DNA from: Gammaproteobacteria bacterium
GTDB lineage: Bacteria; Pseudomonadota; Gammaproteobacteria; Pseudomonadales; JAUIET01
Assembly: GCA_030429735.1 (NCBI GenBank)
Contig: JAUIET010000014.1
Span: 6,252-70,251, forward strand
Reading direction: 5' to 3'
Length of the DNA: 64,000 nt
The position numbers were made by a program, and so were the translations under genes. Shown here one piece after another: positions 1 through 10,351 of this stretch; position 1 is the stretch's first letter; each line of letters opens with the position of its first letter. Under the pieces are notes generated by a model, which saw only the letters and a program-made list of their open reading frames with translations, was not told the DNA's origin and did no database searches.

Positions 1-277
1 CACGCGTTTCATAATCAGCCACTGCTCTGCGCAGATTCAGCTCGCCCAGTGCCGGGGAGTAATGCGTTCTGCCCACACGCATATGACTGACGGCGTTATC
101 AATGATAGGGTCTGGTGTTCTGAAATCCGGGTCACCAATGGACAGCAGCACGACATTATCACCTCGCCGGCGCATAGCCAGTGCGCGTTCGTGCACAGCC
201 CAGGCTCGCGCATTAACGTCCCCATCCAGACGCAGTGCCAGGGAACTGAACGTTCCATGAAACGGTTTGTTGTTCAT
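1..277 (-). CDS. PLP-dependent class I/II aminotransferase, AruH (arginine:pyruvate transaminase)-like; 5' part only, runs off the window
   Basis: Not in the ORF track. Manual translation from ATG at 277: MNNKPFHGTFSSLALRLDGDVNARAWAVHERALAMRRRGDNVVLLSIGDPDFRTPDPII...GRTHYSPALGELNLRRAVA. ATGA overlap with the upstream gene's stop (274-277). Confidence 0.85.
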   Translation of the reverse strand, partial: MNNKPFHGTFSSLALRLDGDVNARAWAVHERALAMRRRGDNVVLLSIGDPDFRTPDPIIDNAVSHMRVGRTHYSPALGELNLRRAVADYETR

Positions 278-1335
278 TTTGCACGTCGCACGGGGTTCAA
301 TTGAATCAAACTCAATATCTCAAACAGCATTTGCGCACCAATATGCGCAGTATTCGATGTTGGATCATATTGTGGCGCAACTTCAACAACGTCACCACCG
401 ATGATATTCGCACCCGCCATACCACGGACAATGGCCAGAGCTTCACGAGAGCTAAGCCCCCCGACTTCCGGTGTGCCAGTACCTGGGGCAAACACTGGGT
501 CTAGTCCGTCAACGTCAAAACTCACGTAACAAGGTAAATCACCAATCACTTGTCGAGCTTTCGCTATGATGCAGTCAATCCCCATTTCGGAAATTTCGTG
601 GGCACGGACAACAGTCATGCCGGACGCTTCTGAAAACTCCCAAATATATTCTGCGTTACCGCGTATCCCAATCTGTATGGTTCTTTCTGGATCCAGCACG
701 CCGTCGAGCACAGCATTTCGAAACGGTCCACCATGGTGAAATTTCTCACCTTCATACGGCCCACCGGTATCACAGTGCGCATCGATATGCACCATGCCTA
801 CTGGTGCCTTGGCGCCGACGGCTTTTAAAACTGGATGCGTCACGGAATGATCGCCACCTACAGACAAGGGCATTACACCGTCACTGAGCACGCCTTTGGT
901 AAAGTCGAAAATATCCTGATGGGATTGGCTCAGGTCAAATCGACTTTGCATAGGCACATCACCAATATCGGCGACGGCCATCTCATGTACCGGAGCACAT
1001 TTGAGCACATCGTTGTACGGACCGATTCGCTCAATAGTTCGCAGTGCTCTGGGGCCAAATCGAGCACCATTTCTGTTGGTCACACCAAGATCCATTGGAA
1101 TGCCAAACAGTGCAACATCCAGGTCACGCAGTGAGCCAGGCTCGGCGTTATATTGCCGAATTGGCGCGTCCAGCAAACTGGGTACGCCCGCATAAGGCGG
1201 CGAGCGTTTGTCACCATCGGAGAATATCATGTTGGCAATACGTTGGAAGTGGGTGTCGTGCATATCCGAACCCCCGGCGTCGCCATACAAGGCTCGCAAT
1301 CGCTCGAGTTTTTCCTGTCTTTCCTTGTCAGACAT
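274..1335 (-). CDS. ureohydrolase (agmatinase / guanidinobutyrase family)
   Basis: GGDHS, DAHCD, HHGGPF, DVDGLD and GTGTPE motifs. Start moved to ATG 1335 (GAGGT RBS upstream); the ORF track starts at 1371. Confidence 0.9.
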   Translation of the reverse strand: MSDKERQEKLERLRALYGDAGGSDMHDTHFQRIANMIFSDGDKRSPPYAGVPSLLDAPIRQYNAEPGSLRDLDVALFGIPMDLGVTNRNGARFGPRALRTIERIGPYNDVLKCAPVHEMAVADIGDVPMQSRFDLSQSHQDIFDFTKGVLSDGVMPLSVGGDHSVTHPVLKAVGAKAPVGMVHIDAHCDTGGPYEGEKFHHGGPFRNAVLDGVLDPERTIQIGIRGNAEYIWEFSEASGMTVVRAHEISEMGIDCIIAKARQVIGDLPCYVSFDVDGLDPVFAPGTGTPEVGGLSSREALAIVRGMAGANIIGGDVVEVAPQYDPTSNTAHIGAQMLFEILSLIQLNPVRRAK

Positions 1336-1395
1336 ATTTACCTCGTTAGCGTCATTCTCTGAAAGAAGCATCCACCCTCATGCACCTTCTATAGC

Positions 1396-3261
1396 TTAGC
1401 CATTGCTGGCGTTAGCGGCCAGCTCTTCGCGTATCCACTCGTTAATGCGACGCTCCAACACTGAAAGCGGCAAAGCACCGCCACTCAACACTCGGTCATG
1501 AAATGCTCTGATATCAAAGTCAGTTGCCAATGCTTGCCTGGCAAGTTCCCTTAGTTCCAGTATTTTAAGCATGCCAATCTTATAACTGGTTGCCTGCCCT
1601 GGCCAGACAATATAGCGACGCACCTCAGAACGAATACTCTCCTCCGGTTCCGGGGAGTTTGCCATGAAATACTGCACTGCTTGCTCCTCGCCCCAACCCT
1701 TGGCGTGAATACCAGTATCAACAACGAGGCGTATCGCCCGCCAGATCTCTGACGATAATTGACCAACGCGCGAGTAAGGGTCTTGATAGGCACCCATTTC
1801 ACCGGCCAGCACTTCCGAATACAAGGCCCACCCTTCTACGTATGCGGTGAAACTGGCTTGAGTTCTAAATTGCGGCACTGATTCCAGCTCCTGCGCGATG
1901 GAAATTTGCATATGGTGCCCTGGCAAGCCTTCGTGGTAGGCAATCACTTCCATTTGATTTTTAGGCATCGCGGTCATATCGGACAAATGCGCATAGTAAA
2001 TACCCGGGCGTGAGCCATCTGGAGTACCCGCGTAATAGTGCTGCGCGGCACCATCCTGCTCACGAAAGGCTTCCACGCGCTTCACTACCAGATCTGCCTT
2101 TGGCAGCAGACCGAAATAGTCCGGTAGCTGCTTCTTTATAAATGCCAGGTAGAACTCGGCGCCGTCGATATATCCTTGCCGACCTGCATCCGTATCAGGA
2201 AAGAAGAACTGCGGGTCTGTACGCACAAAAGCAAAAAAATCCTGCAAGTCGCCATCGAAGTTTACCTCGCGCATAATCTTCTCTATCTCACCGCGCAGAC
2301 GCGTGACTTCGGCCAAACCGATATTGTGGATCTCGCTCGCCGTCAATTCAGTGGTAGTGGAGGCCGCTAGTTGATGCTCATAGTAGGCTTCTCCGTCAGG
2401 AAGCGCGCCCGCACCTTTCGCCAGCTCAGCGCTCAGCTTCCTGTCGTTGCTCAACCAATCGATCAAGTGCTGGTAAGCTGGTTTGAACCTCTGCAGCAAA
2501 GCCATTTTTACCTGCGACTGATACTGCAAAGCTGTCTCATCCGAGATCAGCTCGGCCTGAAGCAGACCGGTGATTTTCGCATTAGAGCCAGACCAGAGCG
2601 GGGAATCTTCAGCGGAGTCAGGGTCAAACGGTTGCCCGGTCAATAGCTTTGTCGCCTGGTCAATCGCGCCATCGTAAGCGAAGCGTGGTGGGCGGATACC
2701 ATTGCTGGCGGCTTTTTCTGCGCGGACCTGAAGCTGCGAGATTGCATCGGCAACCGCGGCGATACGCCGGATGTACGCTTGCAGGTCGGATTCTTCTTCA
2801 ACCTTGTGAAAATTCAGAAGAAAGTTGGGCAGAAACGACTGCATACCACCCATTTGTTCGAATATGTATCCGTGCTGACTGAAACGCTGACCGGCGGCGG
2901 CTACCTCATACTGATACTTCCAGATATCGTATGAGGCTTTTGCCTCGTCACTGAGCGCCGAGTAGTCAAATGTTCGCTCCATCTCTTCAACCGATCGACG
3001 CTTCCAGTCTAATTGTTCAGCCTCAGCTTCCTCGCTGTAATCGTCAATTCGATCGTATTGTTCCTTGCGTCCCAAAAATGTAAGCGAAATAGGGCTGGTC
3101 TGAAGCTCTTGTTCGAATTTTTCGGCGAACCACGTATTCAGCCGCGCGCTTTCTGTTGCCTGCAATGACTCATTTTTACCATCGTTACTGGCAAGCGGTG
3201 TGCAGGACAGTAAGAACAGAGATAATACAGCGATGTAACAATACTTATGTACTTCTTGCAT
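1396..3261 (-). CDS. DUF885 family lipoprotein (putative metallopeptidase)
   Basis: Lipobox LLSC; HEGLPGHH, EGWALYSE, RLVVDTGIH and PGQATSYKIG motifs. Confidence 0.9.
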   Translation of the reverse strand: MQEVHKYCYIAVLSLFLLSCTPLASNDGKNESLQATESARLNTWFAEKFEQELQTSPISLTFLGRKEQYDRIDDYSEEAEAEQLDWKRRSVEEMERTFDYSALSDEAKASYDIWKYQYEVAAAGQRFSQHGYIFEQMGGMQSFLPNFLLNFHKVEEESDLQAYIRRIAAVADAISQLQVRAEKAASNGIRPPRFAYDGAIDQATKLLTGQPFDPDSAEDSPLWSGSNAKITGLLQAELISDETALQYQSQVKMALLQRFKPAYQHLIDWLSNDRKLSAELAKGAGALPDGEAYYEHQLAASTTTELTASEIHNIGLAEVTRLRGEIEKIMREVNFDGDLQDFFAFVRTDPQFFFPDTDAGRQGYIDGAEFYLAFIKKQLPDYFGLLPKADLVVKRVEAFREQDGAAQHYYAGTPDGSRPGIYYAHLSDMTAMPKNQMEVIAYHEGLPGHHMQISIAQELESVPQFRTQASFTAYVEGWALYSEVLAGEMGAYQDPYSRVGQLSSEIWRAIRLVVDTGIHAKGWGEEQAVQYFMANSPEPEESIRSEVRRYIVWPGQATSYKIGMLKILELRELARQALATDFDIRAFHDRVLSGGALPLSVLERRINEWIREELAANASNG

Positions 3262-3309
3262 GAGGTTTGATTTCCATGGGCAAAGGCGTGTATTGAAACA
3301 TTGATCTCA

Positions 3310-5478
3310 TCATTGCGCCAGTTCATCTAACGTCAGTAGACACCATGCAAGCAAATCATAAAACGTCTGTTTAATGGCTAGCCACAGCGAGTTGCCTTCT
3401 CGCATAGCATAGGCCTGATGAGCCTGATCAATAACGTATGCTTGTATTGCAAACACCCCTTCCGAATCTAACACCTGATCAAAGCGAGGCATTCCGGCAG
3501 CAACCATCATTCCATTCAATACCACTTCTTCAAAATTATCATGCCAAGCTGCATTGAGGTAGCGCAAGTCGGCAATCGAACCGTCACTGACAACGCCGGA
3601 ACCATGGCAACGATTGCAGTAACGGTGGTATAACTGCAAACCACGCTCTAACACAGCATCATCGGCTGTAAGTCTGGCGGGCGGCTTAGCATCGAATACA
3701 TCGACTTGTTTGCTTGATGGCAGCGCGGCAGCGCCATTCAGGCTGAACGCCAGAATACGGCCGTTGGCGCTGGCCGGTTTTAGATCCGAACCTGAAATCA
3801 AGCTTATGCCTCCGCCTCTGGCAACAGGAACCGAAACAAATTGCGTATCATTGACGGCGTAGCTTATCGGACTACCGACAATGCCGTTGCCAGCTTCGAA
3901 GCGAAACATCTCTGTACCGCTTTGTGCGTCGTAAGCCGTAAAAAACCCATCGATAGTTCCCTGAAACACTAACTGGCCAGCGGTACTCAACACCCCACCA
4001 TTACCAATATACGGCCGCGATACTTGCCAGGCTTTTTGCTGCGTGAGTGGATTCCAGGCCAGCAGAAAGCCATTAACAAACGCCTTCCCAAGCGTACTGT
4101 TCAGTTGTTGATTGTGCAGCGGCAAGGAGGTTTCAACGCCGGTGTTCCAAACGTTTTCTTCCATCTTGAAATTTGCCTCGGTACTCAACTCGCCGCCGAT
4201 GTGCTGGCCCGGAATGTATACCAGGCCGGTTTTTGGGCTGAATGACATGGGGTGCCAATTGTGCGAGCCGACGCCAATCGGATACACCATAAATGGCTCT
4301 GTCGGGTAATCCGCACCGGGTGTCAGCACGGGTCTGCCGCTGTCCAGATCATAATGACTGGCCCAGTTAACCCGAGTGCCAAACTTTTCAGCCGATAGCA
4401 ACTGGCCGGTTTCACGGTCCAATACGTAGAAAAAACCGGATTTTGGAGCGTGCTATAGCAGTTTGCGTGGCACGCCTTGCCAAGGCAGGTCCGCCAAAAT
4501 CATGTGTTGTGTGGCCGTGTAATCCCAGGTTTCACCGGGCACTTCCTGGTAGTGCCAAACGTACTCACCAGTGTCTGGGCGCAGTGCCAGAATGGAACAA
4601 AGAAATAGATTATCGCCACCGCCTGGGCTACGAATATGCTTGCTGTGTGGTGCACCATTGCCGACACCTACATAGAGCAGGTCCAGCTCGGGGTCGTAGG
4701 CAAGTGAATCCCATACCGTACCACCGCCACCGAACTTCCACCATTCGCCATTCCACGTTTCCGCCGCCATTGCCATTTGCGCATTTTCAAAGCCCAATGC
4801 CGGGTTACCAGGCACGGTATAAAACCGCCAAACCTGCTCACCAGTCGCTGCATCATAGGCACTGACATATCCTCGCACGCCGTATTCTGAGCCCGCGTTG
4901 CCAATGATTACCTTGCCTTTCACTACGCGGGGCGCACCCGTAATGGAGTAATTGTCGCCTTCTGGTGTGGTCTGCACTGACCAACGCTGTTCACCGGTTG
5001 CACGATCAATGGCAATCAACCTACCATCCAGGGTGCCGACAAATACGAATTCGCCCCAAACCGCAACACCTCTGTTCACCGCGCCACAACAATACTTGTA
5101 CGACTTTTCTTTCGGTACTTGCGGATCAAAGGTCCAGAGCCGGTCACCATTCTCAGCATCCAGCGCGACAACAACACTCCACGAGGCGGTCACATACATA
5201 ATGCCGTCAATAACCAGCGGCGTGGCCTGCAAACCACGTTTATCATCAAATTCATAGAACCACGCCAGGCTCAAGCGGTCGATTGTCTCCGTATTGATAT
5301 TATGCAAAGGGCTGAAGCGTTGCTCAGCATAATCACGACCGTGGGTAATCCAATTGGCAGCGTCTTTATCCGCAGTAAGCAAACGCTGATCGGTCACGGG
5401 GTGTACAAGGGCTTGCCCAGATGCGAAACTCACACCAGCAATCAGCAGCAGCGCAATAGCTGCGTAACATCGAAACAT
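3310..5478 (-). pseudogene. PQQ-dependent quinohemoprotein alcohol dehydrogenase (type II, C-terminal cytochrome c), interrupted by one in-frame TAG at 4453-4455
   Basis: ORFs 4453..5538 and 3310..4422 share a frame and read RKLL*HAPKSGFFYVLDRETG across the stop. Vicinal CC (YCCGAVNRG), WDYTATQ, heme motif CNRCH and a signal peptide from ATG 5478. Confidence 0.85.
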
Positions 5479-5610
5479 GAAATTGATTCCAGTGCTCTTA
5501 ATGTGCAGACAAACGGGAAGCTTAACTTGCCCCAGCATGGATTGGGATTTACCGAATGGTTATGTGCTTACCCAGAACGCTGAGGGCGAAGGTAGATTTG
5601 CCAGTTTGCG

Positions 5611-7362
5611 TTACGCACTGGCCGCCAGTTGCGCATCTTTTATTAACAGCGGTTCCAGATCTGCCGCGAGCATGGGCTTGGCGTAATAGTAACCCTGATA
5701 GACATCGCACTTTTTGTCGCGCAGCACTCGCAACTGGCCTTCTTCTTCAATTCCTTCCGCCACCGTTTTCAAGCCCAGCGCATGGGCCAGAAAAATAATG
5801 GTGCTTACGATCGCCTCATCACGATGGTCTGTTTCGACGTCGATGATAAACGATCGATCAATTTTCAATTCGTCAATTGGAAATTGCTTAAGATAACTGA
5901 GGGACGAGTATCCCGTTCCAAAATCGTCAATAGACAACTTTGGCCCCAGGGCTTTGAGCTCTTTAAGCACCCGTATACTTTCTTCTACGTCTCCGGCAAG
6001 CACGCTCTCAGTGACTTCCAGGGTGAGTCTACTGGTGTCAGCACCTGATTCGTTGATAATGCTGCCTATCAGCTCCGGCAAACCGGCTTCATGGAATTGC
6101 TGCACCGACACATTAATTGCAACATTAATGTCAGCAAAACCGGCCAGCTGCCACTGGCGTTGTTGTTGGCATGCTTCGCGCAATACCCACTCGCCAATCG
6201 CTGGAATCAGACCGGCATTCTCGGCAATCGGAATAAATTCCACCGGGGAAACAAAACCTAATTCTTCATTGTTCCAACGAATCAGCGCTTCAACGCCGTA
6301 CATCTTGCCCGTTTCCACATAGACTTTGGGTTGATAGTTCAAGGTAAATTCATTGCGTTCCAATGCTCGTCGAAGCTGCCCTTCTACCTGCAGCCTGCGT
6401 TGAGACTTTTGATTAAACTCCTCAGAATAAAACTGATAGTTGATGCCCTGGCTTTGTTCTGCAAAACTGGCCGCACTGGCTGCATTTCGGAACAACACAC
6501 TGGCATCGTCACCGTCGTTTGGAAACGCCGCAATTCCAACGCTGGAACCGATCGCAACTTCCGAGGTTTCCAGTTTAATGGTCGCTGACAAGGAACTAAT
6601 CAGTCGCTCTGCCACCAGTGCTGCATCTTCTGTGCGGCGCATACTTGGCAACAGCAACATGAATTCGTCGCTGCCAACTCGTGCCAAACGCTGAGACGAC
6701 TCTTCTCCCTCTGAGGTCATCGAGTCAGAGTCTCGTACACAGTCGCTTAATCGCAGACTGATCTCTTTCATCACAGCGTCGCCGGCGGATTGTCCAAGCG
6801 TGTCCTTGACTTCGCTAAAACGACTGATTTTGATGTTCAAGACAGCCAATGCGCAGTCAGTACGAGCCGCAAGTTTCAGCGCAGTTTCAACCCGGTCGAC
6901 AAATAAGTCGCGATTGGGCAAGCCAGTCAATGCATCGTAATTTGCCAGCTGATCCTGATAGGCTTTTGCTGCCAGAGTATTGCGCAAGCGCAGCGCCAGC
7001 TCACTGGCGTCGACCGGTTTTGCCAAAAAATCCGTGGCACCGAGCTCAAGCGCTTTCATCTTGGTATCCGCGTCGGTTGCAGATGTCAAAATCAATACAG
7101 GCAGATGCTTAAGAGCCTGGTCATTTCGAATTTCGGTCAGAATATCTATGCCCGACACCTCGGGCATGTTCAGATCAAGCAATACCACGTCAGGCTTACT
7201 CTCAATCAGAGTACGCATGGCGCGCGTGGATTGGTCTTCGAGGATAAAATTACTGTATCCAGCGTCTTGCAGAAAGATCTGGATCACTTCCATATTGATG
7301 GATTCATCATCCACCATCAATATGGTGGCACTGCTATCAATACCCAAATCGCTCAATGACAT
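5611..7362 (-). CDS. response regulator REC-GGDEF(degenerate)-EAL, probable c-di-GMP phosphodiesterase
   Basis: REC (VDDE, LLDLNMP, AKP); DALTGLPNR with RVGSDEF in place of GGDEF; intact EALIRW and [13 protein letters not shown]. Confidence 0.92.
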   Translation of the reverse strand: MSLSDLGIDSSATILMVDDESINMEVIQIFLQDAGYSNFILEDQSTRAMRTLIESKPDVVLLDLNMPEVSGIDILTEIRNDQALKHLPVLILTSATDADTKMKALELGATDFLAKPVDASELALRLRNTLAAKAYQDQLANYDALTGLPNRDLFVDRVETALKLAARTDCALAVLNIKISRFSEVKDTLGQSAGDAVMKEISLRLSDCVRDSDSMTSEGEESSQRLARVGSDEFMLLLPSMRRTEDAALVAERLISSLSATIKLETSEVAIGSSVGIAAFPNDGDDASVLFRNAASAASFAEQSQGINYQFYSEEFNQKSQRRLQVEGQLRRALERNEFTLNYQPKVYVETGKMYGVEALIRWNNEELGFVSPVEFIPIAENAGLIPAIGEWVLREACQQQRQWQLAGFADINVAINVSVQQFHEAGLPELIGSIINESGADTSRLTLEVTESVLAGDVEESIRVLKELKALGPKLSIDDFGTGYSSLSYLKQFPIDELKIDRSFIIDVETDHRDEAIVSTIIFLAHALGLKTVAEGIEEEGQLRVLRDKKCDVYQGYYYAKPMLAADLEPLLIKDAQLAASA

Positions 7363-7371
7363 CGTTCCTAC

Positions 7372-10251
7372 CTATCCCGTTGCTGCTTGCACAGGCTTGT
7401 CACCCGGTATGCGCTGCGCCAATGCAGACAACTGATCAATCAGCTGTGCGGCAGCGGCGGGCCGATGTTGTTTGGCATACGCTTCAAGTTCGGCGGCAGG
7501 TTCGGTAAATTCATCAAAACCGATGGTTCCGCCCGCCCCCTTTAACCAGTGCGCTAAATCCGCAAGCTCAGCAAACTGCTGCTGCTCGCATTTATCGCGC
7601 ATTACAACAATCTGCTCAGCCAAACGCACCCTGAACTTGGCAATGAGTGGCGCGAGACGTGGATCATTTGCAAATTTTGAAACCAGTGGTGCGCTTGCCA
7701 TAGACTCTTCATTGGCCGCAGACCGCGGCACGAACACCTGGTCACAGTCGGAGTCATCAGTCGTCACAATGTCGGTGCTGATCCGGCCAGCTATAGTGCG
7801 TACAGCACCCATATAAAGCTCAATCATCCCGGCGTCTTGAGATTTCGCTGCCTGTTCCAGCTCCGCCGCGGGTTCTGTAAACACGTCAAAACCAACCGTG
7901 CCCCCCGCACCTTTCAACCAGTGCGCAAGATTTGCAAGCTCTTCAAAGTCGAGGAAATCTATCGCTCGCTGCATCTCAAGCAGTTGAGCATCCAAGCGTT
8001 GCTTGAACTGTTGAATCAAACGCTCGAATCGTGGGTCGGTTAATCGCGACACGATCGGGCCTGTACCCAGAACAGAATTGTCCAATATTGGCACATCACT
8101 GTGGGCACCAACAGATAATGAGCGTTGCGGTGGCGCCTCTGCTTCGGTTGCGCCTAGAAATTTCGCAAGCAAAGCTAACAGTAGATCAATGTTGATCGGT
8201 TTGCTCATGTAACTGGTATACCCGGCATCCAGGCATTGCTGCTCAAAACCTTTCATTGCATTAGCGGTGAGCGCCACGATCGGTGTATCGACACCGCTGG
8301 ACCGGAGACTGCGAGTGGCTTCGAATCCATCCATCACAGGCATTTGTATGTCCATTAAAATTACGCCGTACTGAGTATTAAGCGCCTTATCAACACCTTC
8401 TTTTCCATTGCAAGCCTCATCGACCTGCAGACCATTTTCCTCAAGCACCAGCCTAACCAACTCTCGGTTTTCATCGCCGTCATCAACAACCAATATGCGA
8501 CTTGCAGGAAAGTCCCAATAAACACCGGCCACAACGGCAGTTGCTTCGGCACGCTGCATCAGCTCTTCGGCAGGTAAGCGTTCAAATTCGCTGATATCAC
8601 CGGTTCGAATGGTGCAGCAGAAGTTGCTGCCTTTGCCGGGTTCACTGCTCACGACAATTCCACCGCCTAAGGCCTCAGCGAATCGTTTACTAATGGATAA
8701 GCCAAGCCCGGTACCGCCGAATCGCCGAGTCACAGAGGTATCCGCCTGAACAAAAGGGTCAAAGATGCTGGCCAGGCGATCCTGCTCCATACCTATGCCC
8801 GTGTCTGTTATATCAAACTGCAGCATGCTTTCCGGAGATTCCACATACTTAAGCGTCACAGTAACACCACCGGTCTCGGTGAACTTGATTGCATTGCCGA
8901 CAAGATTGGTAACAATCTGTCGCAAACGAGAGGCATCCGATAACACTTTCTCTGGCAGCAAGCCTTCAGGCTTGAAGTGCAGATATATACCCTTTTCTTC
9001 GGCCTTTACTTTTAAGACGTTAACTGTCTCAGCGATGACAGCGTGCGCTTCACACTCGATTTCTTCTACTTCAAGCCGACCGGCTTCCACCTTGGAAAGG
9101 TCAAGAATGTCATTGATAAGGTTCAATAAATGCCGTCCACTGCTGAGAATAGTGCCCAGATGTTTTTGGGCAGCAGCAGGGTCATTACTGTAACCGCGCT
9201 GAAGAATCTCTGCAAAGCCAAGAATTGCATTCATTGGGGTGCGAATTTCATGACTCATATTAGACAGGAAAGAGCTCTTTGCAGCATTGGCTGCTTCGGC
9301 CTCTTCTTTGGATTTGCTGAGCTCAATCTTCTTTTCTTCCAGTTCCGTGACATCGTCAAAGCTAACCAGCACACCTGCGTAATTGCCCTTGGTACCCAGT
9401 ACGGGTGAGCAATTGCTTTTGAAGATTTTGGTTACTCCATTCGGCAACTGCAGACTGATCGACTGACCTAGACGGGCCTCGCCTGCAGCCAGGGCTTGCG
9501 TCCATGGGTAATCGTCATCATGGGCATGCTCTCCGATGCCAAGCCATGGCAATTGATTTGCGGAAACACCCACTAATTTTTCAGGGTCCTGGTCCAGCAT
9601 ATCCGCGAACGCCTGATTGGCCAACACGATCTGTTGCTTCTTATCCAATACCAGTAAGCCCTCGGCCATGGTATCAAGAGCTGACCTCACTCTACCCGGA
9701 ATAGCCTGACTTGGATCCAATTGCGATAGCATTCGACCAAGATACAGGTAGAACATGACGAAGCTGGCCAAGCCCAAAAACACGCTGAGCTGTAACCACG
9801 GTGACTGCAATATACCCAACAGGCCTTCAGCTCTGGCAGATGTAAAGCGTAACTCCAACGCGCCCCACTCAATGTCGCCGGTATGAATTGGTACCACCAA
9901 CTGTCGATCGGCCGAATAGTCGCCGGTAAGTGCTTCCCAGGCCGTATCATGCTCGCCAGCACTTATCGCCAAACTGCCGTCAAACCGTCGCAAGCCTGCC
10001 GACAACAAATCATCGTTGCGGGCAATGACCAATTCAAGGTTGGACTGAATTCGTCGCAGGTCAGCATAAGTAAGAAACGCGGAGCTGTTAGCGGCTAACG
10101 CCTCAGCAAGAGCGGCACGGCCATCACGCACGGCACCTACCCGATCCGGCACCAGACCCAGTATTACCGCGATCAGCAACGCAGTAACAATAAGTCCAGA
10201 CTGACCGAGCGCAATCTGAGATTTAGCCGATAGCTTCTTTAGGAAATTCAT
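7372..10251 (-). CDS. membrane hybrid sensor histidine kinase: PAS-HisKA-HATPase-REC-HPt-HPt
   Basis: Two TM segments, [41 protein letters not shown] and two copies of AHWLKGAGGT. Start at ATG 10251 is a guess (ORF extends to 10284). Confidence 0.92.
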   Translation of the reverse strand: MNFLKKLSAKSQIALGQSGLIVTALLIAVILGLVPDRVGAVRDGRAALAEALAANSSAFLTYADLRRIQSNLELVIARNDDLLSAGLRRFDGSLAISAGEHDTAWEALTGDYSADRQLVVPIHTGDIEWGALELRFTSARAEGLLGILQSPWLQLSVFLGLASFVMFYLYLGRMLSQLDPSQAIPGRVRSALDTMAEGLLVLDKKQQIVLANQAFADMLDQDPEKLVGVSANQLPWLGIGEHAHDDDYPWTQALAAGEARLGQSISLQLPNGVTKIFKSNCSPVLGTKGNYAGVLVSFDDVTELEEKKIELSKSKEEAEAANAAKSSFLSNMSHEIRTPMNAILGFAEILQRGYSNDPAAAQKHLGTILSSGRHLLNLINDILDLSKVEAGRLEVEEIECEAHAVIAETVNVLKVKAEEKGIYLHFKPEGLLPEKVLSDASRLRQIVTNLVGNAIKFTETGGVTVTLKYVESPESMLQFDITDTGIGMEQDRLASIFDPFVQADTSVTRRFGGTGLGLSISKRFAEALGGGIVVSSEPGKGSNFCCTIRTGDISEFERLPAEELMQRAEATAVVAGVYWDFPASRILVVDDGDENRELVRLVLEENGLQVDEACNGKEGVDKALNTQYGVILMDIQMPVMDGFEATRSLRSSGVDTPIVALTANAMKGFEQQCLDAGYTSYMSKPINIDLLLALLAKFLGATEAEAPPQRSLSVGAHSDVPILDNSVLGTGPIVSRLTDPRFERLIQQFKQRLDAQLLEMQRAIDFLDFEELANLAHWLKGAGGTVGFDVFTEPAAELEQAAKSQDAGMIELYMGAVRTIAGRISTDIVTTDDSDCDQVFVPRSAANEESMASAPLVSKFANDPRLAPLIAKFRVRLAEQIVVMRDKCEQQQFAELADLAHWLKGAGGTIGFDEFTEPAAELEAYAKQHRPAAAAQLIDQLSALAQRIPGDKPVQAATG

Positions 10252-10351
10252 GCATCCATTCCGTGGCTTTATCAGGATAATCAACCACTCTAATCAGTGT
10301 AGATCATCATTTGCTCATCAGGTTTAGGTTCGTTTGCTGCCGTGTACGGCA

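Noticed and set aside
37-258. 73-aa minus-strand ORF and overlapping 62..304 plus-strand ORF from the track
   Set aside because: Wrong frames; the real gene is the aminotransferase starting at 277 in another minus frame.
4453-4455. Pyrrolysine or genome-wide amber recoding
   Set aside because: TAG is used as a normal stop by several genes here (e.g. rimO, the GMC gene, the ABC exporter); no pyl genes are seen and the site is not catalytic.
4500-4540. Lanthanide-dependent dehydrogenase
   Set aside because: The motif is WDYTAT, lacking the extra Asp (D-x-D) of XoxF/ExaF/PedH-type enzymes, so it looks calcium-type.
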